Source of the DNA: Zygnema circumcarinatum SAG 698-1b
Lineage: Eukaryota; Plantae; Zygnematophyceae
Reading direction: 5' to 3'
Assembly (NCBI GenBank): GCA_037447605.1
Contig: CM074804.1
Location: 1,984,001 to 2,048,000, forward strand
DNA length: 64,000 nt
The notes below the pieces were generated by a model. It did not search any database and was not told the origin of the DNA. It worked only from the letters and a program-made list of their open reading frames with translations. Each line of letters opens with the position of its first letter. Position 1 is the stretch's first letter. The position numbers and the translations under genes were made by a program. This document shows, one piece after another, positions 27,147-37,411 of the stretch.

Positions 27147-27309
27147 TATCCCCAGCCAACCGCTGGCTGGGGTGACTTTCCAAAATACAACCTTTATCTA
27201 AATTGAGTCCTGTTTTCCCTTTGCTGTCACTATGCCAAGCTACCATCTTGTTCTATCCTGCCTTGCATCCCTCCCAATGACCAATGATAACTAGAAGCCN
27301 NNNNNNNNN

Positions 27310-27817
27310 ATTCCAGCCAGACTCACCAGCGCCTGGCCAACCAGGTATTCGGCCCCTGTCGCGCCTTCTGCGAGCCTTACGTGGATGATGCATCCCTCCA
27401 CAGCAAGGACTGGTCCTCCCACCTGCAACACATTGACCAAGTGCTTCAACAGCTCATTAGTGCGCGTTTGAAGATTGCACCCAAGAAGTGCAAATGGGGC
27501 CATCAGGAGATCACTCATCTCGGGCACCGCCTCGGCATCAATGGCCTGAAACCATCACTCGACAAGATTGAAGCGATTGCCCTTATGCCGATTCCACAGA
27601 CCCTCACTCAGCTCAAGTCCTTCTTGGGGCTCACCTCATTCTATCGCCGGTTCATCAAGGGCTATGCCCTTATCGCACGTCCCCTACATGCCTTGGAGAA
27701 GCACGGAGTCCAATACGAATGGAGCCGAGCGCAGGATTTGGCCTTCCACGCGCTCAAGAGTGCCCTCCTTCAGGCTCCTTGTCTGCATCAATTTGACCCC
27801 ACCCTGCCAACCATCAT
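27310..27817 (+). mobile_element. Ty3/Gypsy reverse transcriptase fragment (small contig between two gaps)
   Basis: Open frame HQRLANQVF...EPYVDDASLHS...KKCKWGHQEITHLGH...LKSFLGLTSFYRRFIKGYALIARPLHAL...QAPCLHQFDP covers the YxDD motif and the RT thumb/connection. Confidence 0.93.
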
Positions 27818-28579
27818 NNNNNNNNNNGCCGGAATTAAAACTGACAGAAAAAGATAGGGCACATAACGTAGCGTGTTTCAGGAAAAATCTCAGTTTTAAT
27901 TCCCGCCATTTCCGACTGCCGTCCGCGGACTCCACTTTTTTCGCGTCTCGTTTCGTCACGTCACGGTCCCAAACATACTTGCCACGTCATATGTTGCCGC
28001 GACCAATTATGTCGCTCCACGTGTTGCGCCCTTATACCTTGTAGACGCGCGCGCTTTGTACATTTCAAATCACCATCCGTACATCCGACGAAAAAAGGTC
28101 TGTATCTATTCTGAAAAGTGTGAAACAGCATGTTTCGCCAAAAAAATATTTTTTTTGCTGCCCGGCGAAATTGTACACTACATTCAGAATCCGTACACTT
28201 TAAATAGTCGCCCCCGTAAAAAAAACACATATTATTAACACTATTTGTCCATACGGCATGGGACATTGGGACCGTTCAGAAAATAAATAATTTACACTAT
28301 TTGTTCACTTCGTACAAAAAAGACACCGCGCTTTCTGTAAGGGAATCGCAGCCGTCCATCTCTATTTTTTTTTTATCGAAGCTACTTAATCCCTCAGGGA
28401 TGGATGCCACCCTGTACTCGCGCTCGACCGTTGGATGGGGCTAGGCGTCATCTTGGCCGTTGATTTCCCGATTGTGGGCAGCGGCCATTAAGTACGGTAC
28501 GTGTACAGTACGGCCGGCCTTGCCATCGTGAGTTCAATCAAACATCATTCTCCTTGTACAATGTTACACAGTTCGGACC

Positions 28580-28905
28580 AGTGGATCGGCAACCATTGGA
28601 CAACCATTGGATGGCAATGGTTGGACGTCTACTGGTTGGCAATCAGTCGATTGGTTGCCAACCAGTGGCATCCACTGGTTGGCAACCAGTCGAATGGTTG
28701 TTTCGGTCCGCAACCACTGGTTGGCAACCAGTCGAATGGTTGCCTACCAGTGGATCCACTGGTTGGCAACCAGTCGACTGGTTTGGAACCAGTGGATGCC
28801 ACTGGTTGGCAACCAGTCGAATGGTTGTTTCGATCTGGCGGCACTGGTTGGCAACCAGTCGAATGGTTATAACCATTAAATCAAATGGTTGGCAACCATT
28901 AAATC
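28580..28905. repeat. Palindromic 42-43-bp minisatellite
   Basis: Core ACTGGTTG-G-CAACCAGT starts at 28631 (variant), 28674, 28716, 28758, 28801 and 28843, giving periods of 43/42/42/43/42 bp. Confidence 0.93.
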
Positions 28906-28964
28906 ACTAGTTGTAGCGAACTGAACGCTACAGTTACCAAAATGCCGTCAAATGGGGTAACGGG

Positions 28965-29128
28965 TTATCATTTTCCTTGTTTCGCAAAAATACAATCTGC
29001 CGATGGAGGGTGGGTATCGATTCCAAAAAGGTGTGAAAAAAGCATTTTCCGTTTTTAATCCTTTTTGAAATCTGCCCGGCCGGGAAGGGGTGTTTGGATC
29101 CAAAAAAGGGGTGGAAATATCACTACCC
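28965..29128. mobile_element. Orphan right-end TIR of the long-TIR element family at 29418-30318
   Basis: Direct copy of ~30155-30318, ending GGGGTGGAAATATCACTACCC. No matching left end seen in 27828-28965. Confidence 0.8.
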
Positions 29129-29417
29129 AAGATTTAAGATTGAGAATTAAGAAATTAAATGAACTCGTTTCTCAATTTCTCAACCTCTGCGGTTTAACGA
29201 TACATTGACCGACGACATAAATAGGGGGAGTCAGACCTTGACCATTGCCAAATCAATTTCGTAAGCCTGTCGGACGAATTAAGCTTTGGCTAGGTACGCA
29301 TTTCGGTACGGCTGGGATCGGTGGAGCCGGGGATCCCAACCCGGAATTCGTACACGAAAGAAGTTGACTTTTAGTATAAGAACCCCTAATAAGATTGAGA
29401 ATTGAGAAATTAAACAA

Positions 29418-30318
29418 GGGTAGTGATATTTCCACCCCTTTTTTGGATCCAAACACCCCTTCCCGGCCGGGCAGATTTCAAAAGGGATTAAGAACGGAAA
29501 ATGCTTTTTCACACCTTTTTGGAATCGATACCCACCTTCTTCCATCGGCTGCTTTTATTTTTGCTAACCAAGGAAAATGATACCCCGTCACTGCATTTTG
29601 AACCCTGAATTTTTTTTTTGAGGGAAAGAAATATCTGCCAGCCCGAATCCGCTCGAAGTGGAAGATCCGTCCGCCACGAGATCGTTCGTGGGTGTCCGTC
29701 CTTCACACGTGTGTGTCAATCGCAGCTGTCGATTCCCTCGCAGATCGCACCACTGCAGGTCACCGTTCGATCTGCAGCCCGGCTCGATCTTAGCGAATGG
29801 AAAGCGCCCACGAGTCCCGTCAAAGCCGAATCGCACGTGCGAGTGTGCGCGTCCTTCGGCCCGAGATCTCGTCATTGTTAGTTCCCAGCCAATCAACAAC
29901 TGCCACTTGTTACATTTTTGACGTGGAAAATTTTGATTGGTCCAAGCTCTCAATGTACGAAATTCTGGGTTCCTCAAAGTTGCGACCGTACCACATTTGT
30001 ACGGACAAACATTTGAGACGAGTTTGGCGGGATACGTGGGCACTTGCCATTCGCTGTGACCGAGCCCGGCTGCAGATCAAATAGTCACCTGCCATGTTGC
30101 GATCTGCGAGGGAATCGACGGCTGCGATTGACCACACGCGTGAAAAAAATTCAGGTATCATTTTCCCTGGTTCGCAAAAATAAAATCAGCCGACGGAAGG
30201 TGGGTATCGATTCCAAAAAGGTGTGTAAAAAGCATTTTCCGTTTTTAATCCTTTTTGAAATCTGCCCGGCCGGGAAGGGGTGTTTGGATCCAAAAAAGGG
30301 GTGGAAATATCACTACCC
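29418..30318. mobile_element. 901-bp non-coding long-TIR (foldback/MULE-like) element with 8-bp TSD
   Basis: About 165-bp near-perfect TIRs start GGGTAGTGATATTTCCACCCC. A second inner inverted pair lies at ~29700-29830 / ~30010-30140. Perfect TSD TTAAACAA at 29410-29417 and 30319-30326. Confidence 0.9.
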
Positions 30319-30917
30319 TTAAACAAACTCGTTCCTCAATTTCTCAACCTCTGCGGTTTAACGATACATTGACCGACGACATAAAGGACATTTCCCATAG
30401 AAACACAGCGTCTAAATATCGTATCGGTAAATATTTTCCGATATTTAACTGAAGTCGGCAGACGCACTGTTTCAATGTAAACATGATGTTGCTCTACTGC
30501 AGATCTGCCACCTGTCTATGGAGAACTGTGACTGTAACTAAGGACTGAGGGCAGTCACAAGGAAATCAAACAAGAACAGGGGAAACACTACGTGTTGTGT
30601 GGACCCGTTCCCACCGAATGCGAAAAGCAATGGGCCATTTTTTGGTCCGCCATACTCCACAACCCTAAAGGCCTACGAACCCTAATCCCTGCGTGCCCTA
30701 AAGTTCTAACATTCCTAACATACACACAAATGCGTGCAAATTTTCAAATGTTGATGCTACTAGCGCTCCTAAGTCCTTCACTAAAAAAAAAAACTAAAAA
30801 CAAAAGCTTGATGCCTAGTCGACACATCCAGGCCCGCCCCCCCCCCCCCCCCCCCCNNNNNNNNNNCCCCCCCCCCCCCCCCCCCCCCCCTTTTCAATAC
30901 CCAACAGCTCGCTCCAC

Positions 30918-30977
30918 TGAGGTCATAGCTGACGCCATAGCTGACGTCATAACCGACGTCATAGCTGACGTCACAGT
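30918..30977. repeat. 12-bp tandem repeat rich in TGACGTCA
   Basis: tgaggtcatagc tgacgccatagc tgacgtcataac cgacgtcatagc tgacgtcacagt, immediately 3' of the methyltransferase stop codon. Confidence 0.85.
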
Positions 30978-31002
30978 CGTCATGCATACGTCACATGTGA
31001 CG

Positions 31003-34000
31003 TCACGTGCGCCAGGGGCAGGCCCGGCGCAGGAAGGCGGCGAGGGGGGCGGAGCGGCGCGTGGCGCAGAGGACGTGCGCGCGGTTGCGGAACTCGAAGG
31101 CGGGGAACCAGCAGCCGGTCAGACTCACCAGGGCGTGCTTCGTGGCGGGGTCTGGCAAGCAAGCAGGCAGGAGGAGGACGACGAGGATGAGAGGGGGGAG
31201 GGGGGGGAAGGGAGAGGGGGGGGAGAGGGGGGAAGGGAGAGGGGGGAAGGGAGAGGGGGGCGAAGGGAGAGGGGGGGGAGAGGGGGGAAGGGAGAGGGGG
31301 GGGAGATGGGGGACGAGAGGGAGAGAGGGGAGAGGCAGGGAGAGAGAGAGAGCGAGAGGAGAGGGACAGAGAGAGAGAGTGGAGAGCGAGAGGGAAGAGA
31401 CAGGGAGAGAGAGAGGAGAGAGGCAGGGAGAGAGAGTGAGTGGAGAGAGAGGGGAGTGAGAAAGAGCAAGGGGAGAGACAGGGAGAGAGAAAGGAGAGAG
31501 GAGAAAGTGGGAGGGGGGGTGATAGGGAGAGAGAAAGAGCGAGAGGGGAGAGACATGAAGAGAGAGAGAGAGAGGAGAGAGGAGAAAGAGAAGGGGGAGA
31601 GACAGGGAGAGAGCAAGAGCGAGAGGGGAGATGGTTTCAAGGTTTTAGGGGTTTTCCGACTTTTAGCGTTCAAGCTTATATGGCTTTCCGGGATTTACGG
31701 TTTCGGTTTCAAGGGCCCAAAATAAGTGACTTTACAAAAAGTGACTATGAAACTTTACGACGTCGCTTCAAAATTCTATTTTCTCTCAAACTCATGAAAT
31801 CAAGGAGGAAAGAATTTAAAACCCTAAAACACCCTGAAACCCTAAAAACCCTATTTGCCCTAAAAAAGGGTTCAGGAACTGAGCCTCACCGTTCCAGAGT
31901 TGAAGGAAGCAGTCGTAGCCCATAGAATCAAATTCCTTAACGACTTCTTCGAGGGTGATCACCTGCCACTTGTCCAAAAAGTGGTATCCAAAATCGACAA
32001 TATCAATCCTGTGCTCTTGAAAGGCCTTAGCAGCGCCCTTCAAAATATAGGGGTCGTGCCTGCATCATTGCATACCCCAACACCAGTTATTTTTTCATTA
32101 AAAAAAAAAAAAGAGAAAAAGATACAAAGAGAGAGAGACATCCACCCTCCTTTTGTGCTTCTAGCAAAACCTATGGACTGCCCAAATTTCAAAAGGAGGA
32201 GATTCCAAAGAAAGAAGCAATTTTTGGAACCTTGATATCACAACACAGCGATCAAAGCTTCCACAAACCCTAACCCTAAAACATCACATTAACAGATCTC
32301 TTTAAAGTTGGCCATGTAAAAAAAATCTCATAACTTCAACCACCCAAAACATATCTAACGAAAGATCTTAGACACGTCTAACAAGTCAATATACACAGCC
32401 TCATTTCGTCCATCTTTTCTCGAAACCCAAATATCAATATTCGACTTGAGTAAAATTTTCGATGAAAGCTTCACTTTGTACGAGTGAGGCGTTTGCTGTG
32501 GATGCAATGTGACTTTATCGAGGGGCGAGAACGCCTTGTATGGATGGACTACAACATGACCTTATTGAGATGTCAAGCCCTTGAGCGTCTCCTATCGACG
32601 TAACATGTCTTAATCGCAAGACAAACGCGTCTGGTAAGAAATATGGTGTGACTTTATCGAGCGGCGCATACCCTTCCGCGTCCACTCGCAGGAAGTTGAT
32701 CCGCGCGATCTCGTTCTCCTCCATGAACTCGTCCACGGTCATGACGCGGACCCGCGTGTGCCCATCGGTCACTTCGCCAAACCGCCCTTCTTCGAAACCA
32801 AGCCTGGAAGAGAGGGTGGTAGAGGAGAGTGAATTGAGGGAGGGAGAGAGCGGAGGGGGAGGGGGGAGGGGGGAGGGGGCAGGGGGGAGGGGAGAGGGGG
32901 AGGGGGAGGGGGAGGGAGAGGGGGAAGGGGAAGGGGAGGGAGAGGGAGATTGGGAGGGACGGGGGGATGAAGGGAGGGGGAGGAGGAGAGGAGAGAAAGG
33001 GGGAGAAAGGCAGAGAGGAGTGGACGAGGGTGAGGAAAGGAAGGAGAGGAAGTGGGAGAGAGAGAGGGGGAGGTAGTGGGGGGGGAAGAGAGAGGCGGAG
33101 GGGGAGGTAGATAGGCAGAGGAGAAAAGAGAGGGAGAAGAGATGGGGGAGAGGGAGAGGGCGAGGCACAACGAGGGGGAGACAAAGTGGGATGGAGGGAG
33201 GGAGGGAAGGACGCAGAGAGGGTGAGAGAGACAGACAGACGGAGAGGTTGAGGGAGAGGAAGAGGAGGAGAGAGGGGGAAACAGGAGAGTGAGATTCATT
33301 TCCTTTCCAAAGCAGCACTGCCGTGTGTTTATCAACACATAGGGGAATCAAGGCAGCCAAATCAACAATAACAAGAGTACTCAAATTTTAAAAAAAGGAA
33401 CAAAAAAAGGGGAGAAAAAGGAAGAGATCTTGACACTATAAAGCTTTGAACTATCCCTGGTAATGAGATTTTTGGGTTTACGTCTAAAATTCAGCATAGA
33501 AAGGGCAGTGTGAAACGTACGGCGTGATGGGAAAATCATCGATTCCGCTGTGGTTGCTCACTGCTCCATGTATTACTGACAATTTCTCATACTTCAGCCA
33601 TTTCTGAACCGCCGCTAACGCCACACCTTCAAGCGTTTTAACTTACAAAACCATGTGCCCTTAGTGACACGCATGTGACTATTGATAATGTTAGGGTTCA
33701 AGGTCCTCCAGAGGTTCAAGGATTTTAGGGTTTAGGGTTTGAGGTTCAAGATTTAGGGTTTAGGGTTAGGGGTTCAGGATTTAGGGTTTAAGGTTCGGGG
33801 CTTATGGTCAGGGGTTTAGAATTGGGGGTTTGGAGTTAGGGATTTAGGGTTTAGAATTCATTTAGGGTTTCGGGTTTGAGATTTAGGGTTTACGGTTCAG
33901 GGTTCAAGTTTAGGGTTCGGAATTTAGGGTTTAAGGTTTGGGTTTCAGGTTTTAGGGTTCGTGGTTTAGGGTTTAGAGTGTTTCTTAGGGTTTCGGGTTT

Positions 34001-36915
34001 CGGGTTTGGGGTTTGGGGTTTGGGGTTTAGGATTCGGGGTTCAGGGTTTAGGGTTTCAGGGCTTTCGTAGTCTGAAGTACAGCCGGATAAAATCGACAAA
34101 CGCTATTGACTTTGTGAAATGGAAAGGTCTTTTGTTATCTGTGAAGGTCCCCCTGTTTAACTTTATCGAATTCCATTGAGCTTTAACTTTATTGATTCCT
34201 TTCCGCAGAAAAAAAGGTTCCACAGTTGCGTAGAGTTACAGGTAGGAATGCCTATCAATCTGTCTATCTGCACAGTTTTCTGCCTGAGAAAACAAATAGG
34301 AAAGAAAAACAAAATCAAGAGAAGATAAATGAGAGGAAAACACGTACCTCCATTTCTTTGAGAAGTTTGAAATTCGCAAAACTCGCCTCGATCGCATACA
34401 AACGAACATTCGGTTTTTTGCTTTCGAAACTGCGACGGTCAGGATCTGGAATCCATGCGGCGTGACAATGGTCACGCCTCTGAACCCTAAACCCCAAATC
34501 CCGAAACCTAACAATATCCTGAACCTACGCCTAAACCCTAAACCTCGAACCCAGAACTCTAAACCCGAACCATAAACTCTCAATTCTAAACCCTCGAACC
34601 AAAACCTTAAACCCTAAACATTGACCCTAAACCCGTAAACTCTAAACCCTCGACCCTAAACCCTTAAACTCTAAACCCTAAACCCTGAAAACAGTCGCAA
34701 ATACTCTTGATGAGGACCATGCTTTTTAGGTCCACGTTTCATACCTAGATATGATTACGAAACTCACATACCACAAAGATCATTAAAGCATATAAATTCA
34801 AAATGAAGACGAAATTTTAAAAAATCTTCTCGGTGCTTATCTAACCATATTCAAAATTCAAAACTCGAAAAAAGAAAAAACCAAAAAAAAAGGAGTCTTG
34901 CAGGTCGTACCATTTTCGTGCGTTTCCTGTCGGCAGTGTCCGCACTTTCCGCAGAGATCCAAATTTTGAGCGACGCCTTCTTGGAAGGTCTCCTCGAGAA
35001 ATTTTCCCCAACTTTCCACATTTTTGTGTCGCACTAAATTCCACGTATCCACCCAACTCACAATGCCGTACCCTAGAACCATCAAAAAAAAAAAATTGAA
35101 ATAAAATACGATGAAATGAACGGAAGGATCAATCAATTCAGGACAGTAAACGAAGTGCGCTCTAAAAGAGAAAATTAAGAAAAGGAGCAGCGAGGAAACT
35201 AATATCGCAATGCTCTCTTGAAGCCCCTGTAACTCCCACCCCCATTTTCCCCATCTCCCCATTCCCACTCGCCCCACCTGCATTTTCGCTCTCTCTCTAT
35301 CTCTCCCCCTCCCCCCATCCTTCCCACTCGCCATTTAACTCTCAATCTCCCTCCAGCCCCTCCGCTCCCTTCCCCCCAACCACTTCCCTTTTATTCTCCC
35401 TCTCCCTCCCTTCTCCTCCCATCCCTCCACTCCCCCACCCCCCCTCTCCCCGGCCTCTTCCCCCCAAAACCTCCCCCTCCCCCTTCCCATCCCACAACCT
35501 CCCTCCCCTTTTCCACCCTTCCCCGCTCTGCCTCCCCACGCCTCCCCTTCCCACTTCCCTTTCCCTCTTTCTTCTTCTCCTCCCTCTTGTTCTCCATACC
35601 ACTCCCTTCTTCTCCCCGTCCCAAATCCTCTCTCCGCCCCTCTTTCCCCCGCCTGCCCCCCCCCCCCACCCGTCCCCTTCCCTTTCCCCCCCCCCCTCCC
35701 CTTCCCCCTCCTACACCTTCCCCTCCCTTATCCCCATCTCCCATCTCCCATCTCCCCTCCCCCACCCTCCCCTATCCCCCTTCAATTCTCCTCCTCCCCC
35801 CCCTTCTGCCCTCCTCTCCTCTCTCATTTCCCCCTTCCTCCTTCCCCACTCTCTCCCACCTGCCCCGTTCCCTCCTTTCCCTCCCCCTCCCCCTCCCCCT
35901 ACCCCCACTCCAACCTCCCCCCCCTATCCCCCTCCCCACCCCACCCATCCGCCTCTCTACCCCCATTCTCCCCCACTCTCCACCTTCTCTCCCCATCCCC
36001 TCCCCACCCCACCCATCCGCCTCTCTACCCCCCTTCTCCCCCACTCTCCACCTTCTCTCCCCATCCCTCCCCCTCTCCTCCCCCTCTCCCCTCCCCGTCC
36101 CCTCCCCCTCCCTCCCCCTCTCCTCCCCCTCCCCCTACCCCTACCCCTCCCTCTCCATCCCCCTACCCCACCACCCTCCCCTCCCCCTTCCCTCCCTCCC
36201 CCTCTCCTTGGCCTCCCCCCTCCCCCCCCCCCCCCTTTCCCTCTCTCCATCTGCACCCGCCTTCCCCCCACCCTCCCCCCCCCTCCCTCCCCCACTCTCT
36301 CACCCTTGTTCGCCCCCACATCGACCAGCACGAGCCCGCTCTCTTCCCCCCACAGCACCGCCAGAAACGCGTCCAGTCCGTACAGCCGCCCGCAGCCCAG
36401 GGCCGCCTCCGCCTCCCCGCCGTGCGACCCGAACTTCTCCGCCTGGAAGAGCCGCTCCTGCTCGGGACACGCGTCCTGCCGAGGGGCCTCCTCCACCACC
36501 GCCGCCGCCGCCGCCGCCACCGGCCCTGCCGCCCGCCCCAGCGCGCGCATCTCAGCCGTCCATCGCGGATCTCACGCAGATCCGCGCGGATCTAGGGGTC
36601 GGGGCTCAGGGGCTCGGACCGCAAAGGGCTCGGGATCCAAATGTAGCCGCTTAGGGGTGTACGGTTCAGACTTTAGGGCTTAGGGTTTAGGGTTTAGGGT
36701 TTAGGGTTTAGGGTTCAGGATTTAGGATTTAGAGGAGGGTTACCTGGCTCCTGGCGGCGAGTGAAGTCCAGAGACAAGGCGGAGTTGGAGGAGGGCAAGC
36801 TGACATAGGACGAGGTGAAGGCGAGCAGCGCGAGCAGCACCGCCATGGCCTGGATCTCCCAGGTCAGACATGCCCTCACTCTCCGCCACGTGTCGCTCGG
36901 CGGGCGGCTCGCCAT
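31003..36915 (-). CDS. FkbM-family (Methyltransf_21-like) SAM-dependent methyltransferase with N-terminal signal anchor, 8 exons, ~410 aa
   Basis: Exons 36915-36744, 36570-36304, 35072-34911, 34445-34348, 33603-33521, 32803-32672, 32059-31890 and 31151-31003 are phase-consistent and total 1233 nt; the exon 2 acceptor is a weak GAG. Motifs: LVDVGANKGY, LYAIEASFANF, IHGAVSNHSG, VMTVDEF, INFLRVDAEGHDPYILKGA, LTGCW. Confidence 0.88.
31170..31632. repeat. Polypurine (GA-rich) low-complexity tract in the last intron of the methyltransferase gene
   Basis: Almost exclusively G/A on the + strand. Confidence 0.95.
32810..33290. repeat. Polypurine (GA-rich) low-complexity intronic tract
   Basis: Almost exclusively G/A on the + strand, with many GGGG runs. 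Confidence 0.95.
33691..34061 (+). repeat. Degenerate interstitial telomere-like array (TTTAGGG)n in an intron
   Basis: About 50 heptamer units such as TTTAGGG, TTCAGGG, TTCGGGG and TTTGGGG. Confidence 0.92.
34483..34688 (-). repeat. Degenerate interstitial telomere-like array (CCCTAAA)n, opposite orientation
   Basis: CCCTAAA/CTCTAAA/CCCGAAA heptamers on the + strand. Confidence 0.92.
35340..36300. repeat. Polypyrimidine (C/T-rich) low-complexity intronic tract with internal direct repeats
   Basis: Almost exclusively C/T on the + strand. Includes a repeated block ATCCCCCTCCCCACCCCACCCATCCGCCTCTCTACCCCC (~35925 and ~35995). Confidence 0.95.
36672..36732 (+). repeat. Short telomere-like array (TTTAGGG)n in intron 1 of the methyltransferase gene
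   Basis: tttagggcttagggtttagggtttagggtttagggtttagggttcaggatttaggatttag. Confidence 0.92.
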
Positions 36916-37411
36916 GGACGCCGCCTGCACTCTCTCCCTTTCCCTCCCGCTCCCACTCTCCCTTTCTCGCCCTATATTCCTTCCTCTCTCTCTCTTTCTC
37001 ACTCTCTCTCTCTCGCTCTCTCTCGCACTCTCTCTCTCTATCTCTCGCTCTCGCTCTCACTCTCCCCCTCTCCCTCTAGACAACTGTCTCCCACTCTCTT
37101 TCTCAGAAGCCGACAAACGGCGCCGACTACGGCCGGCCAAATGTCTGGCGTGAAAATCCGGCTCCTTATTGGTCAAGATCCTGCTGACGTGGCGAACTTC
37201 CTGTACGGCTGCCCAGGATATATGAGATTTTTGCGTACAGGCAATTTTCTATTGCGGCATTATTGCTAAGTAATATAATGGCGGCACGCCACGTAAGCAC
37301 AATCTCCACGTGGCGTGTTTCCAGTGGCTAACGCTGCCGAGGAAATGCGATTGGAGAAATAAAAATCAATCCGAATTTCATGATTGATACAGTTGTACGT
37401 CCAATGCCGTA

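Noticed and set aside
28630-28870. CRISPR array
   Set aside because: The context is eukaryotic with no cas genes. The spacers are only 14-15 bp and fall into two related types, so this is a minisatellite.
28905-28932. Canonical Helitron 3' end
   Set aside because: The hairpin is only 1-2 nt from CTAG rather than the usual ~10 nt, and no 5' TC end or RepHel gene was found. It is kept only as a weak hairpin observation.
30592-31925. Long Gly/Glu/Arg-rich ORFs in the six-frame track
   Set aside because: They result from stop-free GA low-complexity sequence inside an intron of the minus-strand methyltransferase gene.
35342-36654. Extensin-like Pro/Ser-rich 355-aa ORF and its reverse-strand counterparts
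   Set aside because: This is a C/T low-complexity intron with no SPPPP/Tyr periodicity or signal peptide. The true exons lie on the minus strand.
33691-36732. Chromosome end or telomere-telomere fusion site
   Set aside because: The arrays are short, degenerate, intronic, and separated by an in-phase conserved exon of an intact gene.
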